Shown piece after piece: positions 52,293 through 64,000 of a stretch of DNA of 64,000 nt (position 1 is the first letter of the stretch; each line of letters opens with the position of its first letter). The notes beneath the pieces were generated by a model that worked only from the letters and a program-made list of their open reading frames with translations, was not told the origin of the DNA and did not search any database. Position numbers and translations under genes: made by a program. The DNA is from Phyllosticta citribraziliensis (Eukaryota): the NCBI RefSeq assembly GCF_038025025.1, contig NW_027117344.1, positions 372,001-436,000 of the forward strand, read 5' to 3'.

Positions 52293-53712
52293 TCAGCGGA
52301 GGCCAATGACGCTCTGCATTAATGCGAGTCAGTACGACGAAACAGTCAAAATGCCCTTGCTGTGCGTCCCCGAGGCAACGAGCTGCATGAAGGGAAGAGC
52401 TGCTCGCTATACGAGAGCCGCAAGATGCATGCCAAGCTGAATAAACCACACCACTTACCATTTCCAACGTCCACACTCTGCGGATCCACACCTTTAGCTT
52501 GCCTTGGACACCTTCGACGTTGTCGAGTTCCACACCTTCCCACCAGCAGCGGCGGGCGGGTTTGCGCCAAAAAAGCAAAAGCTTCTGAGCCATGCCGACA
52601 GCGTTGCTGTTGGCCAGATCGTTGCCCTTGATATCGGTCCGTAGCCGCGCCAGCGCAATGCTGCAGATCACGGCCTTGTTTGGTTCGCCTGCTCTGTGAC
52701 CCCAACGATCGTCGTGATTGAAGCCACTGCCAACTAGTCAGCTATAATTTACAGTGACGTATTTGACCATGAATTCAAGAGTTTGCGACGGGGCGCAGTC
52801 AAAAAGCGGTGAGTTTAAGCTTACCCAGCTGTCAACATTTCAATCAGATGCTGCTCCGTGGTCCCCGGCTCTTCGCTCTTCCTCAAGCCCGAAAAGATGC
52901 CGTCTTGTTGCAAGAGGGCTTTGCCGGCGGCTCTCTTGACTTGCATCATTTCCTCGTGCTCGATGTCGCGTCTTGGGGGAATGGCGTAGAAGTCCAAGTC
53001 TTCCCGTAGAACAATGATGCCTGCTCGATCCTGAAGCATATCCCGCGCAGAGCCATGCATGGGTTCAATGGGCACCGCCTCGTGCGGTTGGTCTCCAACC
53101 AGGGTAGATGGTGAGGGCGGGGATGTGGGAATAGTCTGTGCGACATTGCGGAAGAAGTCGAGCATGTATTGAAGGGAGTTTGGATCGTACTGTGAGTGAT
53201 AATAAATGTCAGAAAGATATAGTGCTGGGGAAGATAGGCGGTTGCGGATAGCTTCTGCTTTGGATCCCGAACGTGCAAGGGAAAGTTGTGTTATGCAAGT
53301 AGCTCCTCCAAGGGCTTCCTCAGAGGTGTGTTTGGTGTTTGGGGTACTAACGTCTACTGGATACACGTCTCCGTCCGGATAGGCATTCATGTGTCCATCA
53401 GGTAGAAGGCCATTGGGGAAGAGCGACAAGAGAACAAACTCGGGGAGCGTCAAAAGCTCATCTCGGGACAGAGTGAAGCGCACTCCTCTGGCAAAGGCAG
53501 TTAGAATCTCAAGTACTGCAGGTGGAGGTCCAGCGCATACCGAAGCTCAAGTGTAATGTTTTCATCCGAGCCGCCTAGTGCAGAATGTCAGCGACGTGCA
53601 ATCGAGGAACGAGGTGGGACATATGTTTCTGACCTCCCAAAGCATTGATGGGGGGACCTCCTCCCTGAGACACCTGGGTGATGATGCTAGCGGGCCCTCC
53701 GGCAGTCGCCAT
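52293..53712 (-). CDS. WHI2: Whi2-like growth/stress regulator (BTB/POZ-like), 6 exons; AUG-initiated form shown
   Basis: LLTLPEFVLLSLFPNG, IIVLREDLDFY, EQHLIEML..GF, KLLLFWRKPARRCWW, KVWIRRVWTLEM-SVIGLR*; five GT..AG introns. Confidence 0.88.
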
Positions 53713-54866
53713 GATGTATTGAAACGATTCCAAGGGACTGGATCCTTCGCTGTAGGGTGGAGGGGGTTCTCCGTCGTCGATATCTTTGCTAGAGCTACCG
53801 TCCTTTGTGTCGTGAGGAAGCGCTGCCTTGGTCTCGGCAACGGCGGTAGCAGCAGCTGACGATGAAGGCTCCTCGAAGGGCGGAGCTGGGGCGAAAGCCG
53901 GAGGAGCTTCGTTGAGGCCCTCAGTGACGGTGGGTTTGTTTGGGTCTTCGTCCGAGTTGGCTTCGGGAGGGAAGTAGAGCGAGGAAAAGGGAGGTGGATC
54001 CAGAGAGTCGGCCGTTGTGAGCGTGCTGGACGGGGTAGTGGGGGCGTTCGTCGCCGTAGAGGGCTTGCTGTCGGCGCGCAGACAGCTGTCGTGCTGGTGA
54101 GAGTTCAAAGGAGTGACGGACACGGACGAACCGCTACGCGGGCGCGGTGTTTGCGACAAGGTGACTGACGGTGGTGCGGGCTCGAGCTGGGAGCCGTGGT
54201 GGAGTGGAGATGGGAGATTCGAGGGCCCCTGCACCAGCCTCTGGCCAAGTGGACAAGGGCGCGGGCCTTTCACGCAGCAGCAGCGGCGGCGGCAGCAGAG
54301 ACAGCAAAGAGGCGAGGGCTCGAGAGATCAGATAGGCGCGACAGGCGGAGCGGCACGCGAGCTGGGGCTGGACGATGGCATGAAGTCGAGATGGTTGGAC
54401 CGACGGGCTACAAGGGTGTGGAGTTGGGCGACGTGCTCAGGCGCCTTGGCGCGCCCGCGCCGCCGTCTTGGGCGGTAGGTAGCGACAGCCCATCACCACC
54501 TCACTACTGCCAGGCCCGTTTGACGTCGACCTTTTGGGTCGTTAGGGGGACATGATCTCAATGCCGTTTATATTCTTGACTCGTCGCTGCCACCCTGCGC
54601 GCCTCGCAAATGCGCATCAGCACCTCTGCCATTGGAAGCCGGCCCTGGCTGCTCGCGGACATTTGCAGCGACCCAAATCTCCGCCAACACATGCTGCCGG
54701 CTCCCAACACCCATTCGGATCACTACTGCCAGCAACCAAGCGCCGTCGAGGAACCGGTTGGCGCTCGACTTCCGACCTGTCTCACTGGGGATTCCACTGG
54801 CAAGCGCTCTATCCATCTTCCCTGCCAGGCCTACCAACACTAGACCCCAAATTCTATCCGATCACG

Positions 54867-57399
54867 CTAGTGACGTCGCACGACTCCCGCCTCGTTTGCC
54901 TGATCCGCAATCCGCTTCTTGTAGTCGTTGACTGTGCCCTCAAAGTGCTCAATCGTGCCATCGTCACACACCCACAACGACGTGCACACGTTTTGAAGCA
55001 TGGTAACGTCGTGGCTGACCATGAGCACGCCACCCTGAAACTCCCTGAGCGCCGTCGACAGCGCATCCATGGCTTCGATATCCAAGTGGTTGGACGGCTC
55101 GTCGAGGACGAGAATGTGTGGGTTCTGCAGTGACAGGCACGCGAACGCGACACGCGACTTTTGACCACCAGACAGTAGCCCCATCTTTTGCAAACCCGTC
55201 ATGCCCGTGATACCAAAGGCTCCCAGGTGCCGCCGGTACTCCTCATCCGTCTTACCGTGGAACTTTTGCGCCATGAATCCCACCGCACTCATGTTCAGGT
55301 CCAAGGCATCAACGTGGTGCTGAGCAAAGAAACCAATCCGCAGACGAGGATTGTTGGAAATGAGACCCTTTGTCGGATCCAGAGCTCCGATCAGAAGCTT
55401 CAAGGCCGTCGTCTTACCTGCTCCGTTGGGGCCGACGATGCCAATACGCGAGTCCAATTGGACATCAAGATCAACGTTGGTGAGCAGCGGCTTGTCCGGA
55501 GTGTAGCCAAACGTCACACCGCTCATCTGAATAATGGGAGGAGAAAGTTTCTCGACCTCAGGGAACTTGAAGTGGACTGTGTACTCGTCTTCGGGAGCCT
55601 GCAGAACAGGCATCTTCTCGAGCTTTTTGATTCTGGATTGAGCTTCGGAGGATTTGGCCGCGTTATATCTGAACTTGTCGATGAAGGCTGTGATTGGACA
55701 ATGGTTAGGAAGTCCTCTGAGCTTAATGGTAGGAGGGGTAATGGTGACGTACCTTGCAGGTGGGCCCTCTCGCCCATTTGCTTCTCGTACTCACGCTTGG
55801 CAGTCTTCCGCCTCTCTTCCTTGGTCGCGTAAAAGGAATCTGGGGAAAGAGGTTAGTCCCGGTTTCGAGAAAGTCTAGACAGGGGTTACTTACCGAAATT
55901 GGCACCCTTGTAGTAGTCCAGCCGCTCGGAATGCTGGTGGATAATGTCCGTTGCCACCTCATTCAGGAATGCCCTGTCGTGGGAAACCACCAGAATGGTA
56001 CTCGGGTACGTCTGTAGATAGTTTGATAAGAAGGTGATGGACGGCACGTCCAACATGTTGGACGGTTCTGGTAACGCGTCAGCCCGAGATCCGGTTACGT
56101 GACTCGCCCTGTGGCCACTTACCGTCGAGCAGGAGCAAGTCAGGCTCGCAGAAGAGAGCTCGCGCAAGCGCCAGCCTCATTCTCCAACCACCAGAAAAGG
56201 TTTTGGTAGCGTATGCCTGGCGTTCTTGAGAGAAGCCAAGACCGGCAAGGATACTGGCGGCGCGAGACTCGGCCTTGTCAGACTCCATCTCGGAAAGCTT
56301 GCCATGGATGTCGCTCAACGTGATGTCGAGCCCCTCCCGCTGGTGATCAAGCTTTTCCGCATCCGCAGAGGTGTCTGCCATGGTGGATCTCTTCTCCTCC
56401 AGCTCTGCCAGCTCGGCGCTGATTTTCTGCCCAAACGGTCAATACGAGCATGTGGAATGCCAAGCCCGAGGCACCTTCTTACCTCTTGCTCTTTGAGTAG
56501 ATGCTTTCTCCAGACATCGGCATCCAAGACGGATTGCAAAGCCGATGTATCATCACCGGCAATCTAGATGGTGTCAGCGAGGTTCCAGATGGTGCGAAGG
56601 CTCGATATACCTCTTGCTCGACGTGGAGAATCGAAATGTGCGTAGGGATGGCGACTTCTCTCTTGCTGAGCGCGCGGAGGAGCGTGGATTTACCAATACC
56701 GTTCTGACCAACCAGACCGTAGCGGCGGCCATATGCCAGGGTCAGGTTGGTGTCGGTGAGGATCCTCTGGCCGGCAATCGAAATGTCGATGCCGTCGACC
56801 TTGATGTCCTTGCTCTTTGCACTGGAATCAGAGCCAATCTGCAGGGGGTTGACCTTCATGAAGAACTCTTCGTAGGACTCTGTCTCGTTGGGCTCGTCAA
56901 GCAAGCGCGAGGCCTCGTACTCGACGAACTTCATCTCCTTCTTGTCCTGCTTGGCGCGGATCTTGCGTTCGGCCTTTTCAAGCTTCTTGCGGTCAACCTT
57001 GGACTCAATCTTGCGAGAGCCGGCGGACTCGAGGTCGACGCCGCCACCAGCCAGGCCCAGCGTCGACGACATGTTGCGCTGCGAGGCAACATGGATGGCT
57101 TGGTCGAGCTTCTTGGCCGAGGGGGCCATCTGGCGGCGGTCGCCATCAACACCGGAGTCGAGCTTCTCTACAAACTTGGCGACGAGGTTGCGGACGGACG
57201 TCTCATTCTGGGAAGACAGGTCACCTGACGCGGAAACGAGCAGAGCCGTGATGATGGCGGCGGCTTCAGCCAGCGGCGAGGGCGCGTTGGGATCAGCATC
57301 CGGGTTGAAGGAACCGGCGGCATGCTGGAGATAGCCCACGCTGTACTCGGACAGGACTGGGTCGATGTGAGGGATCTGACGGCGAATTTCAGCCTCCAT
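54867..57399 (-). CDS. GCN20: ABC-F ATPase Gcn20/ABCF3, multi-exon
   Basis: Two NBDs (GQNGIGKST, FSGGWRMR, LLLDEPSN; GPNGAGKT, LSGGQKSR, LDEPSNHLD); no TM domains; N-terminal extension. Confidence 0.92.
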
Positions 57400-58607
57400 T
57401 TTGCGATGGGCGATGCTGTGGGTTGGCAGATGCAGATGGGCGACGGCGTGAGGCTGCGGGGCACGAAAGGGGACGTGTGGCGCGGGCTGGTCGGACGGCG
57501 AGTCGACAGGAATAATTTTTTTCGGCCTGTGGCTGGGCTAGCCGGACCTTTTTCGACGAGGAATCCGCCCTACGCCTGCGCATCCTCGTCCCATCCCATC
57601 GCATCGGCAGTGCCTGGCGCCACCATTACTCGCACGGCGCCACCACTGCCAGCTGGCGGGCAGTCTTGGTTTTGGAGCAGAGAGGGGCAATCTCGATCGA
57701 GCCGTGTGTCGTCGACTGGGCCGCTCGTTTGCCGCGAAGCAAGGAACGGACAGTCCCTCTCTCTCTCTCAGAAACAGAAGCAGAATCAAGCAGGCCGCCT
57801 TTGATTAACCATTGTGTACATGTGCATGTACTGTACGGACAGTCCAGGTCGCACGGCGCCAGGCCTGGCGACCGAATAGGCAGCGTGTTTTTGTTGTACC
57901 CGCCGGCCGTCCAACGCAGCCCAGCCGCATGCATGCAATTCCGCAGCCATTGGCAGGGCGAGGGCGGCAGAGGGTGCGTGAGTGTAGGGTGCATGCCTCT
58001 TGGTCAACGGCTGGCCCCCGGTCAGCAGCCCCGGCCAGGGTCTCGGGCGAATTGACGACGACGTTGGATGTCTGGCCTGCGAGGGCGGAAAGGGAACCAC
58101 CTACGGCAGCGAACAGGACCTGCACGGCAGAACTGCACGCTGCCAGGGACAGACGGAATATGTCTCGCTCATCAAGTGTCGTCGACATTGACGGCGCGGC
58201 CCTGGCGACGGGCTGCAAGCATTCCTCCAAACTTTCAGAGCCCGCTCGCCAACGGGGGACCCCCCCTCCCCACACAACAGACCGCCCGCCGATCCTGGTG
58301 CGCCGTTCCCACTGGACTCTATCAGTCCCCCAAGCACCTGGACTAGTTACCTTAGGCCCCTCCTAGGCCACTTCATCACTTGTCATTTCCTATGACACTT
58401 GCTCCTCCACCACCTCTCCGCTGCTGTCTCCCGTACCTCTTCCTCCCGCTCTGCTCTGCACTCGCCCCTCCCCCAGCGCTCCGCTTGCACCCCCAGCTCC
58501 TCGCCCTCGCTGATGTGGTCCGCCATGCCATAATGACCACGACCTTTTCCTCCTTCTCCCTTCCATCTTGTGCCTTGCAGTTGGAGGCGCCGTTGTAATA
58601 CGGAAGC

Positions 58608-61600
58608 ATGAAAACAGTACCCACGGTACGGAATCCCCCCACCTCACCTGTGCCGTGTGTTTGTTTTGCCTCAGGCACGCACTCCGATGGCTGACGACTC
58701 CAAAACACAGCTGTGCGCTTCCGCCACCATTGTTGGCGTCTCGACTGCCGGATTGGCCATCGGCCGCCCTGAAAAGTCCCAAAAGCCTGCTCCATTTGCC
58801 AGGCGCAGGCTCTCTGCAACTTTCGAGCGTGGTATCAACGCGCCTCTCCCTCCGCGACCATATTCGGTCGCCGGATCTCTTCCTCCTGTCGAATTAGAAG
58901 CACCACCAGAAACGCGCCCAAGCATTGAACGGGGGCCGCTGCGATATCCCAAAAGGCAACCAGTGGATCGACCCAGGCCTCAGTCAGGCGTCGACATGGA
59001 TGGAGGCGCTGGGACCGTCACCATGGTCGAGGAGGCGACGACGACCAACATTGGTGTGCGGGATAGCATGAGGTTGCGGCCGTCGTGGGTCAAACGACTG
59101 TCGCTGGTTTCTCTGGCGCCTTCTTCGACTCGCACCGATTCACCGACGCCGTCGTACTCGAACGGGTCTGTGGCCTTTTCCCACGACGGATCGACAGCCC
59201 CAATCATCGGCAGCACATCACCCGCGCCGCTCCCGCCAAACAAGCTTGTCAAGCGATCAACATCGGTCCGGCAGCCAGGCGGCCTTGATCGATCCACGAT
59301 AACAACAACAACAACAACACCCACAACAGCCCGGTCGAGGACGACGCTGCGACGGCCGGCAACCAGCCATCAACGGTCGCAGACGTGGGGCCAGCAACGC
59401 ATCCGGACCGACGTGTACGCGGACCAGCAGCCGGAGCGGTGGAAACAGTATTTCTCGGGACGAGCGACGCCGGTGGGCAAAAAACAGGCGCGGGTCATTA
59501 CACGCATCGTGGGGTCGCAGACGCAGGCGCCGACGCTGGTGCTGGCCAATGCGGTTGCGGCACCGAGTTTGGAAATGGACGATGCGACAAGTCAGGCGGG
59601 CGACAGCGATGATGCCCGCAGCGTGGCCCAGAGCGAGGGAGCAACGCCACTCATCCCCGCGACCGCCTCTGAAACCCCCGCAGAGGCTCTTGCAGGCTCC
59701 GAAACAGGCCAAGGCGCTGATCGACCCAGCCGCTTCTTCTCCAAGGACGTCCAGCAGAACGCGAACCAACAAACATCATCACGCCGCCGTCCAGGCGTTG
59801 TGCGCGCTGCAGTAGGGCGCTTGACCCGCGCTAATCACCATGCTCCCTCTCCCTCGCCATCAGCCACAGCCACACCCTCCATGTCCCCAGACCAGGTCCA
59901 GGTCCCCAACACCATGGCCAATTCCGGCTCCTGCAGCGACCTGCTCACCGCCCGCCCGCGCCCCAATGCCAGCTTCGACTCGACCCGCCCGCACTCGCTC
60001 CGCCGCGACTCGCGCTCCGTGAGCAATGCGTCCAATGGCATCCCGCCCAACCGCCTGCCTCCCATTCCTCCACAGGCCCCGTCGTCTCCAGTGATACCCT
60101 TCCGCCCCTCGCGTCACTCGATTGCCGCCTCGGAGCACGCCTCGACCCTGGTTGGCTCCGACGACCGCCTGGCCTTTAGCGACGACTCGGAGTTTGACTT
60201 TCAGAGCGACACAGTCTTTGACTCCATGCGCACCAGAGGTACCCGCGCTTCGTCTGGCGCTCCTGCACCCGGCATCGAAACCATTTTCGACGAATCGCCC
60301 CGCTCCATCAAGTCCAAGGTCTCGCCCTTGCGCGACCTGCTGCCCAAGGGTGTCTTCCCCCAGCTCATCAACCCGGACATTAGCGAAGAAGAAGAGAGTC
60401 AAGCCACTCCTGTCCGCGCCCGATCCACCGACAAAGGTCTCCGAGGATCCACTACTCCTGTTCCTAGGTCCAACAGCATCTCGGCCTTTCATTCTCACGT
60501 GTCGACACCATCTCCTCCGGAACCTCTTCGCTTGCCCTCTTTCGCCTGGGACGACGGCGACGCCGACGAAGATAGCCTATGGTCCATTGACGACAACGAC
60601 AGTAGCATGTGGGATGACCCGGACGACAGTATCCCACAAATGGGATTAGCTACACCCCTCTCCCTGAAACGAAGCAATCCCATCCTCATTGCTGCGGGAC
60701 CAAGCCTCGCGCCGCGGGCCAGCACCGACACCCACGACAGAGATACCAAGAGCAGCATTTTTGATTGGTCCGAGCCCGGCCCCGAGCGTGGCCAAGGGAA
60801 CCGTACTCCTCCCAGGCCTTCCACTGTCCACGGGAAAAAAGACACGCAAAACAGAGGAGGTCGGCCTGTCGGCCGTCGGGCACCCAGTGGACTCCACGCT
60901 CGTAGCCAGAGTGTCCCGGTAGTCCCAGATCTCGCCGGCAAGCGGGACCCCATGACCACCAACAAATTCGGTACCTGGGCCATGGGAAGCAAGGGCGCTA
61001 CGGAGGACTGGAACGACGACTTTGACTTTAGCGAGCGCGGAGAAGAAGAGGCCGACAGCGGTGCTGGTGAGGTGGTGGAAGTCGCAAAGACCATCCTTGT
61101 TCCACGAAGCATCAGGGAACAGCAACCCACCATGCGGGCCAACATTGGTCTGCTGCGGGAATGGTTTGCGCTCATTGGAGAGCTCAAGGAGCTTCGTGGC
61201 CGCGCGACATCCTTGAATATTTTGGAAGGTCCTTTGGCAGATATGTGGCAAGAGGTGGATGCCATGATTGACTTGGCGGACCAGGAAGTTGATGACCCTC
61301 CACTTATCCCGAGCCTCTCGCCACCCTCGTCACCTGGTTTCGATGCCGAAGCATTTGAAGAAGGCCCCACATCTACTCCAGCGTCAAATCGCGCACGTGG
61401 CCGTTCCAATCTTCACCGGCGCGACAGCATTGGCAGTGGTGCGTCCTCTTCGGCTGCCATTTCAGTGGGCGCTCACCGCAGGAAATCCATTCTGCCAGCC
61501 AATACTACCGAAGACATTTTCAGCAGTCCATCACCTACCCGTAGAATACCCCAGGAAACTCCCTACGCCACCCCGAACGGCCGACCACGAAAGAACTCGG

Positions 61601-61986
61601 AAGCCGTCGCTCGATCCGTCATTGAAGCCTTGCAGCAGCGAAGGACTACGACTGCACCTGCGCAGTCAATGCCACCCGGCAAAAAGGTTCCTTTCGATAC
61701 GGCTACTCTGAAACACATTGTGCCGTATGTCAATGGACTCATGCGCAAAGTCAAGGAAGCTTTGCGTGAAACCGAACGACTCTACTCCAGCCCTGTCCAA
61801 ACCCCACGAGGAGATGAGGGCGAAGCTTCTTTCAGTCAGTTATTTTGCACCGAGCTGCCGGGAGAGTCGCCATCATCACGTTGCACTCAACCGCGATCCC
61901 GTATCAATCTTGCCGCTGATGCATTTCAGGCGCCGAAAGATACTGAAGTGGTCACACAACAGTTGAGGTCCTTGACAGTCGTTTGA
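58608..61986 (+). CDS. Large (~1100 aa) Ser/Pro-rich, mostly disordered protein of unknown function
   Basis: 3.3-kb open frame; possible first micro-exon MKTVPT (58608-58625) with intron 58626-58674, otherwise ATG 58687; ordered-looking islands RPSTVHGK, RSQSVP, KFGTW.MG.KG..EDWNDDFDF. Confidence 0.85.
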
Positions 61987-64000
61987 CATGGCTGCAGCTC
62001 TTGACGCCTCACGAAGACTTGATGAATATTGACCATTACGGGCAACGTGCGCCGTCTTTTTTTGAAAGACCTTGGACGCTTTTACACAATCGCATCACAC
62101 GAGGGATGAAATTTTGAGGCGGCTGCTTTATGCGGCCTCGCCTGATTGAATTGATGGGCTTGTACTTATTGCGACATTGGTGTTTCTCGGATCGAGCGCT
62201 TTTCAGCATTTGAGCGAGTCCTCAGTTGTTTTCTTTCAAACAGCAAAGCGCATGGATTTTTTTGCTTCCCTTTTTTTGCCCCGTCCTGTTTTTGCAGCAT
62301 TATCTGGCCATGCGGAGTCGGGAAAGGCCGGCCGGTCAGAGCCTCATCCAATGTATTATCTTAGGTTTTCCTTTTTCTTCTCTTCCCCTTTCCAAAAAAG
62401 CATGGGCATGCGTTGGTTGCTGTTCCCTTTCCCATAACAAGTTCACACACTCTCAACATGTCCATCTTGATCCTCCCACAACCAAATTTCCGCGGGCTTA
62501 TTTCTGATGTCTGGCGGATGGGTTTGGAGAGCGAGTCGGCAGGCAGGATACGGTCTGTACCGGACGGACAGACTCCCTTGCACGATATAAACATCCAGGC
62601 GACCACCGATCCATCCATCGCATCCCACCATGATCGCGTCCCATCCCTCCTGCGTATCCTGCGACGTCGATTGCCGAGATCTGCTGTCAGTATGGATGGT
62701 GGGTGGGCCGCCTCCTCCGCTCCATGATCAAACAAGAGCAACGGATACGGCCAGCAGCTGGGCTGGCTCATGTCGTCTCTGCAAGGGTTGGAATTGGGTT
62801 TGACATGGGACGTCTCAGCCTCTCACCTCTCTCCCACGCACCCCCCGGTCAAGCTTCCTGGTCCTGGGCCCGGTTGCGTTCGGTTCGGTTGGGGCTGCGC
62901 CTTGGCCCCGGCACCCCCCGGTCTCTGCGGCTGGACGTATCTTTGTTTTTCTTTTCTTTTCCTTTCTCGTGGCTGCTTGCCTGCCTGCCTTGTTCGCGCA
63001 AGCGCGCCTTTTTCTCTCCGGATCGTTCGTGCAGAGTCACGTACAGGGGCTGGTTGGAAGAAGCGCAGGCAGGCATCGCCTTTTTTTTTTTTTTTTTTTT
63101 TTTGCAGCGGCGATGGGGAGGCTCAGTGGATAGACAGTGAAGCGATGGACTTCGGGACAGGCACGCGACAAGACAACGCACGGATTGGAACTTCTCAAGA
63201 AGCGATCCGACTGAGCAAGTGAGAGGAAGGGAATGAATCAACACAGCAAAAGCATCATGGTACACCAATGAACAATAGAGCTAGCTCTGCATACATAGAG
63301 CGAGCGAGCAAGCTAGCAAGACTCTTGCCCTCTCTCGCCCGCTTTTTGCGCTCACGCGTCAACCGAGTTCTTCTTGCCGCTCTCTTTCTTTCTTCATCTC
63401 ATCCTCTCTCTCTTCCACAATTCTGTACGTGAGTACGAGACGCCCGTTCAAAACCCAGCCGGCCCGCTCTTCCACCGCAGCGCAGCGCATTGCATCGTGC
63501 ACAAGGCGAGGCAAGGCACTACGGCGGGACGGGGTAGCCGTCTGGCCTGCCCTCGCCTCGCCTCGCCTTGCCTTGCACCGGACCGCCTTGCCTGCGTTGC
63601 TGCGCTGTGCCTTGCCGTAGTTGCCGTCTGTGCTGTACACACGCATACGTAGGTGTACTGTACTGTACTGTACGGTGTGAAGCGCTGCCGGTTCCGCTGC
63701 CGTTGCCGGTGCGGCACCCCCAAGTCAATCTATCCGGCGCACAAAGCGGGCCGGAGGAGGGCAGGGAGGGTGGAAGATGGACGGACGGAAGGGCAGACGG
63801 ACGGGTCAGCGGTACAGCGGGCGGGTGGGCATGGGGATGGAGATGGCAATTGTATCGTGACTTCATCTTTGCATCAGTACATCATGCATACATACATAGC
63901 TTCACAGTAAGTACATACATAGGAGAGAGCAGCACTCAGTGCGCCGCCATCATCCAGTCCGTTGTCGCGCCGCACAGAGCGTAAGTCCTGTATGCATGCG

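Noticed and set aside
62000..64000. Short ORFs and pentamer/poly-T repeats at the window end
   Set aside because: Ordinary microsatellite-rich UTR/intergenic DNA with no coding signal.

Overview
Eukaryotic, intron-rich, GC-rich genomic DNA from a filamentous ascomycete. Gene content, short GT..CTRAC..AG introns and abundant microsatellites suggest a Dothideomycete, possibly Botryosphaeriales (inference). The window holds about 20 mostly housekeeping genes: eIF3h, SLD3, dipeptidyl peptidase III, beta-tubulin, OPI3, nitroalkane oxidase, a neutral amino-acid permease, LEO1, MOB2, a PPR protein, DUF866, TMA17-like, rhomboid PCP1, verprolin, HIR1, SAH1, WHI2, GCN20 and unknown proteins. I found no rRNA, tRNA, CRISPR array or intact transposon. 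The strongest unusual signal is at WHI2: a stop-free, protein-like frame of about 205 codons precedes the first AUG, and about 665 nt of that strand lack AUG in all three frames. This fits a non-AUG-initiated N-terminally extended isoform carrying a PPxY motif. Weaker signals: a spliced gene remnant with one in-frame TAG (33.1-34.2 kb), a small spliced orphan ORF, a long possibly structured DPP3 intron, a UG-rich repeat/intron-like tract, and three unusually large tail-to-tail gaps. All family assignments come from recognising motifs by eye, not from database searches.
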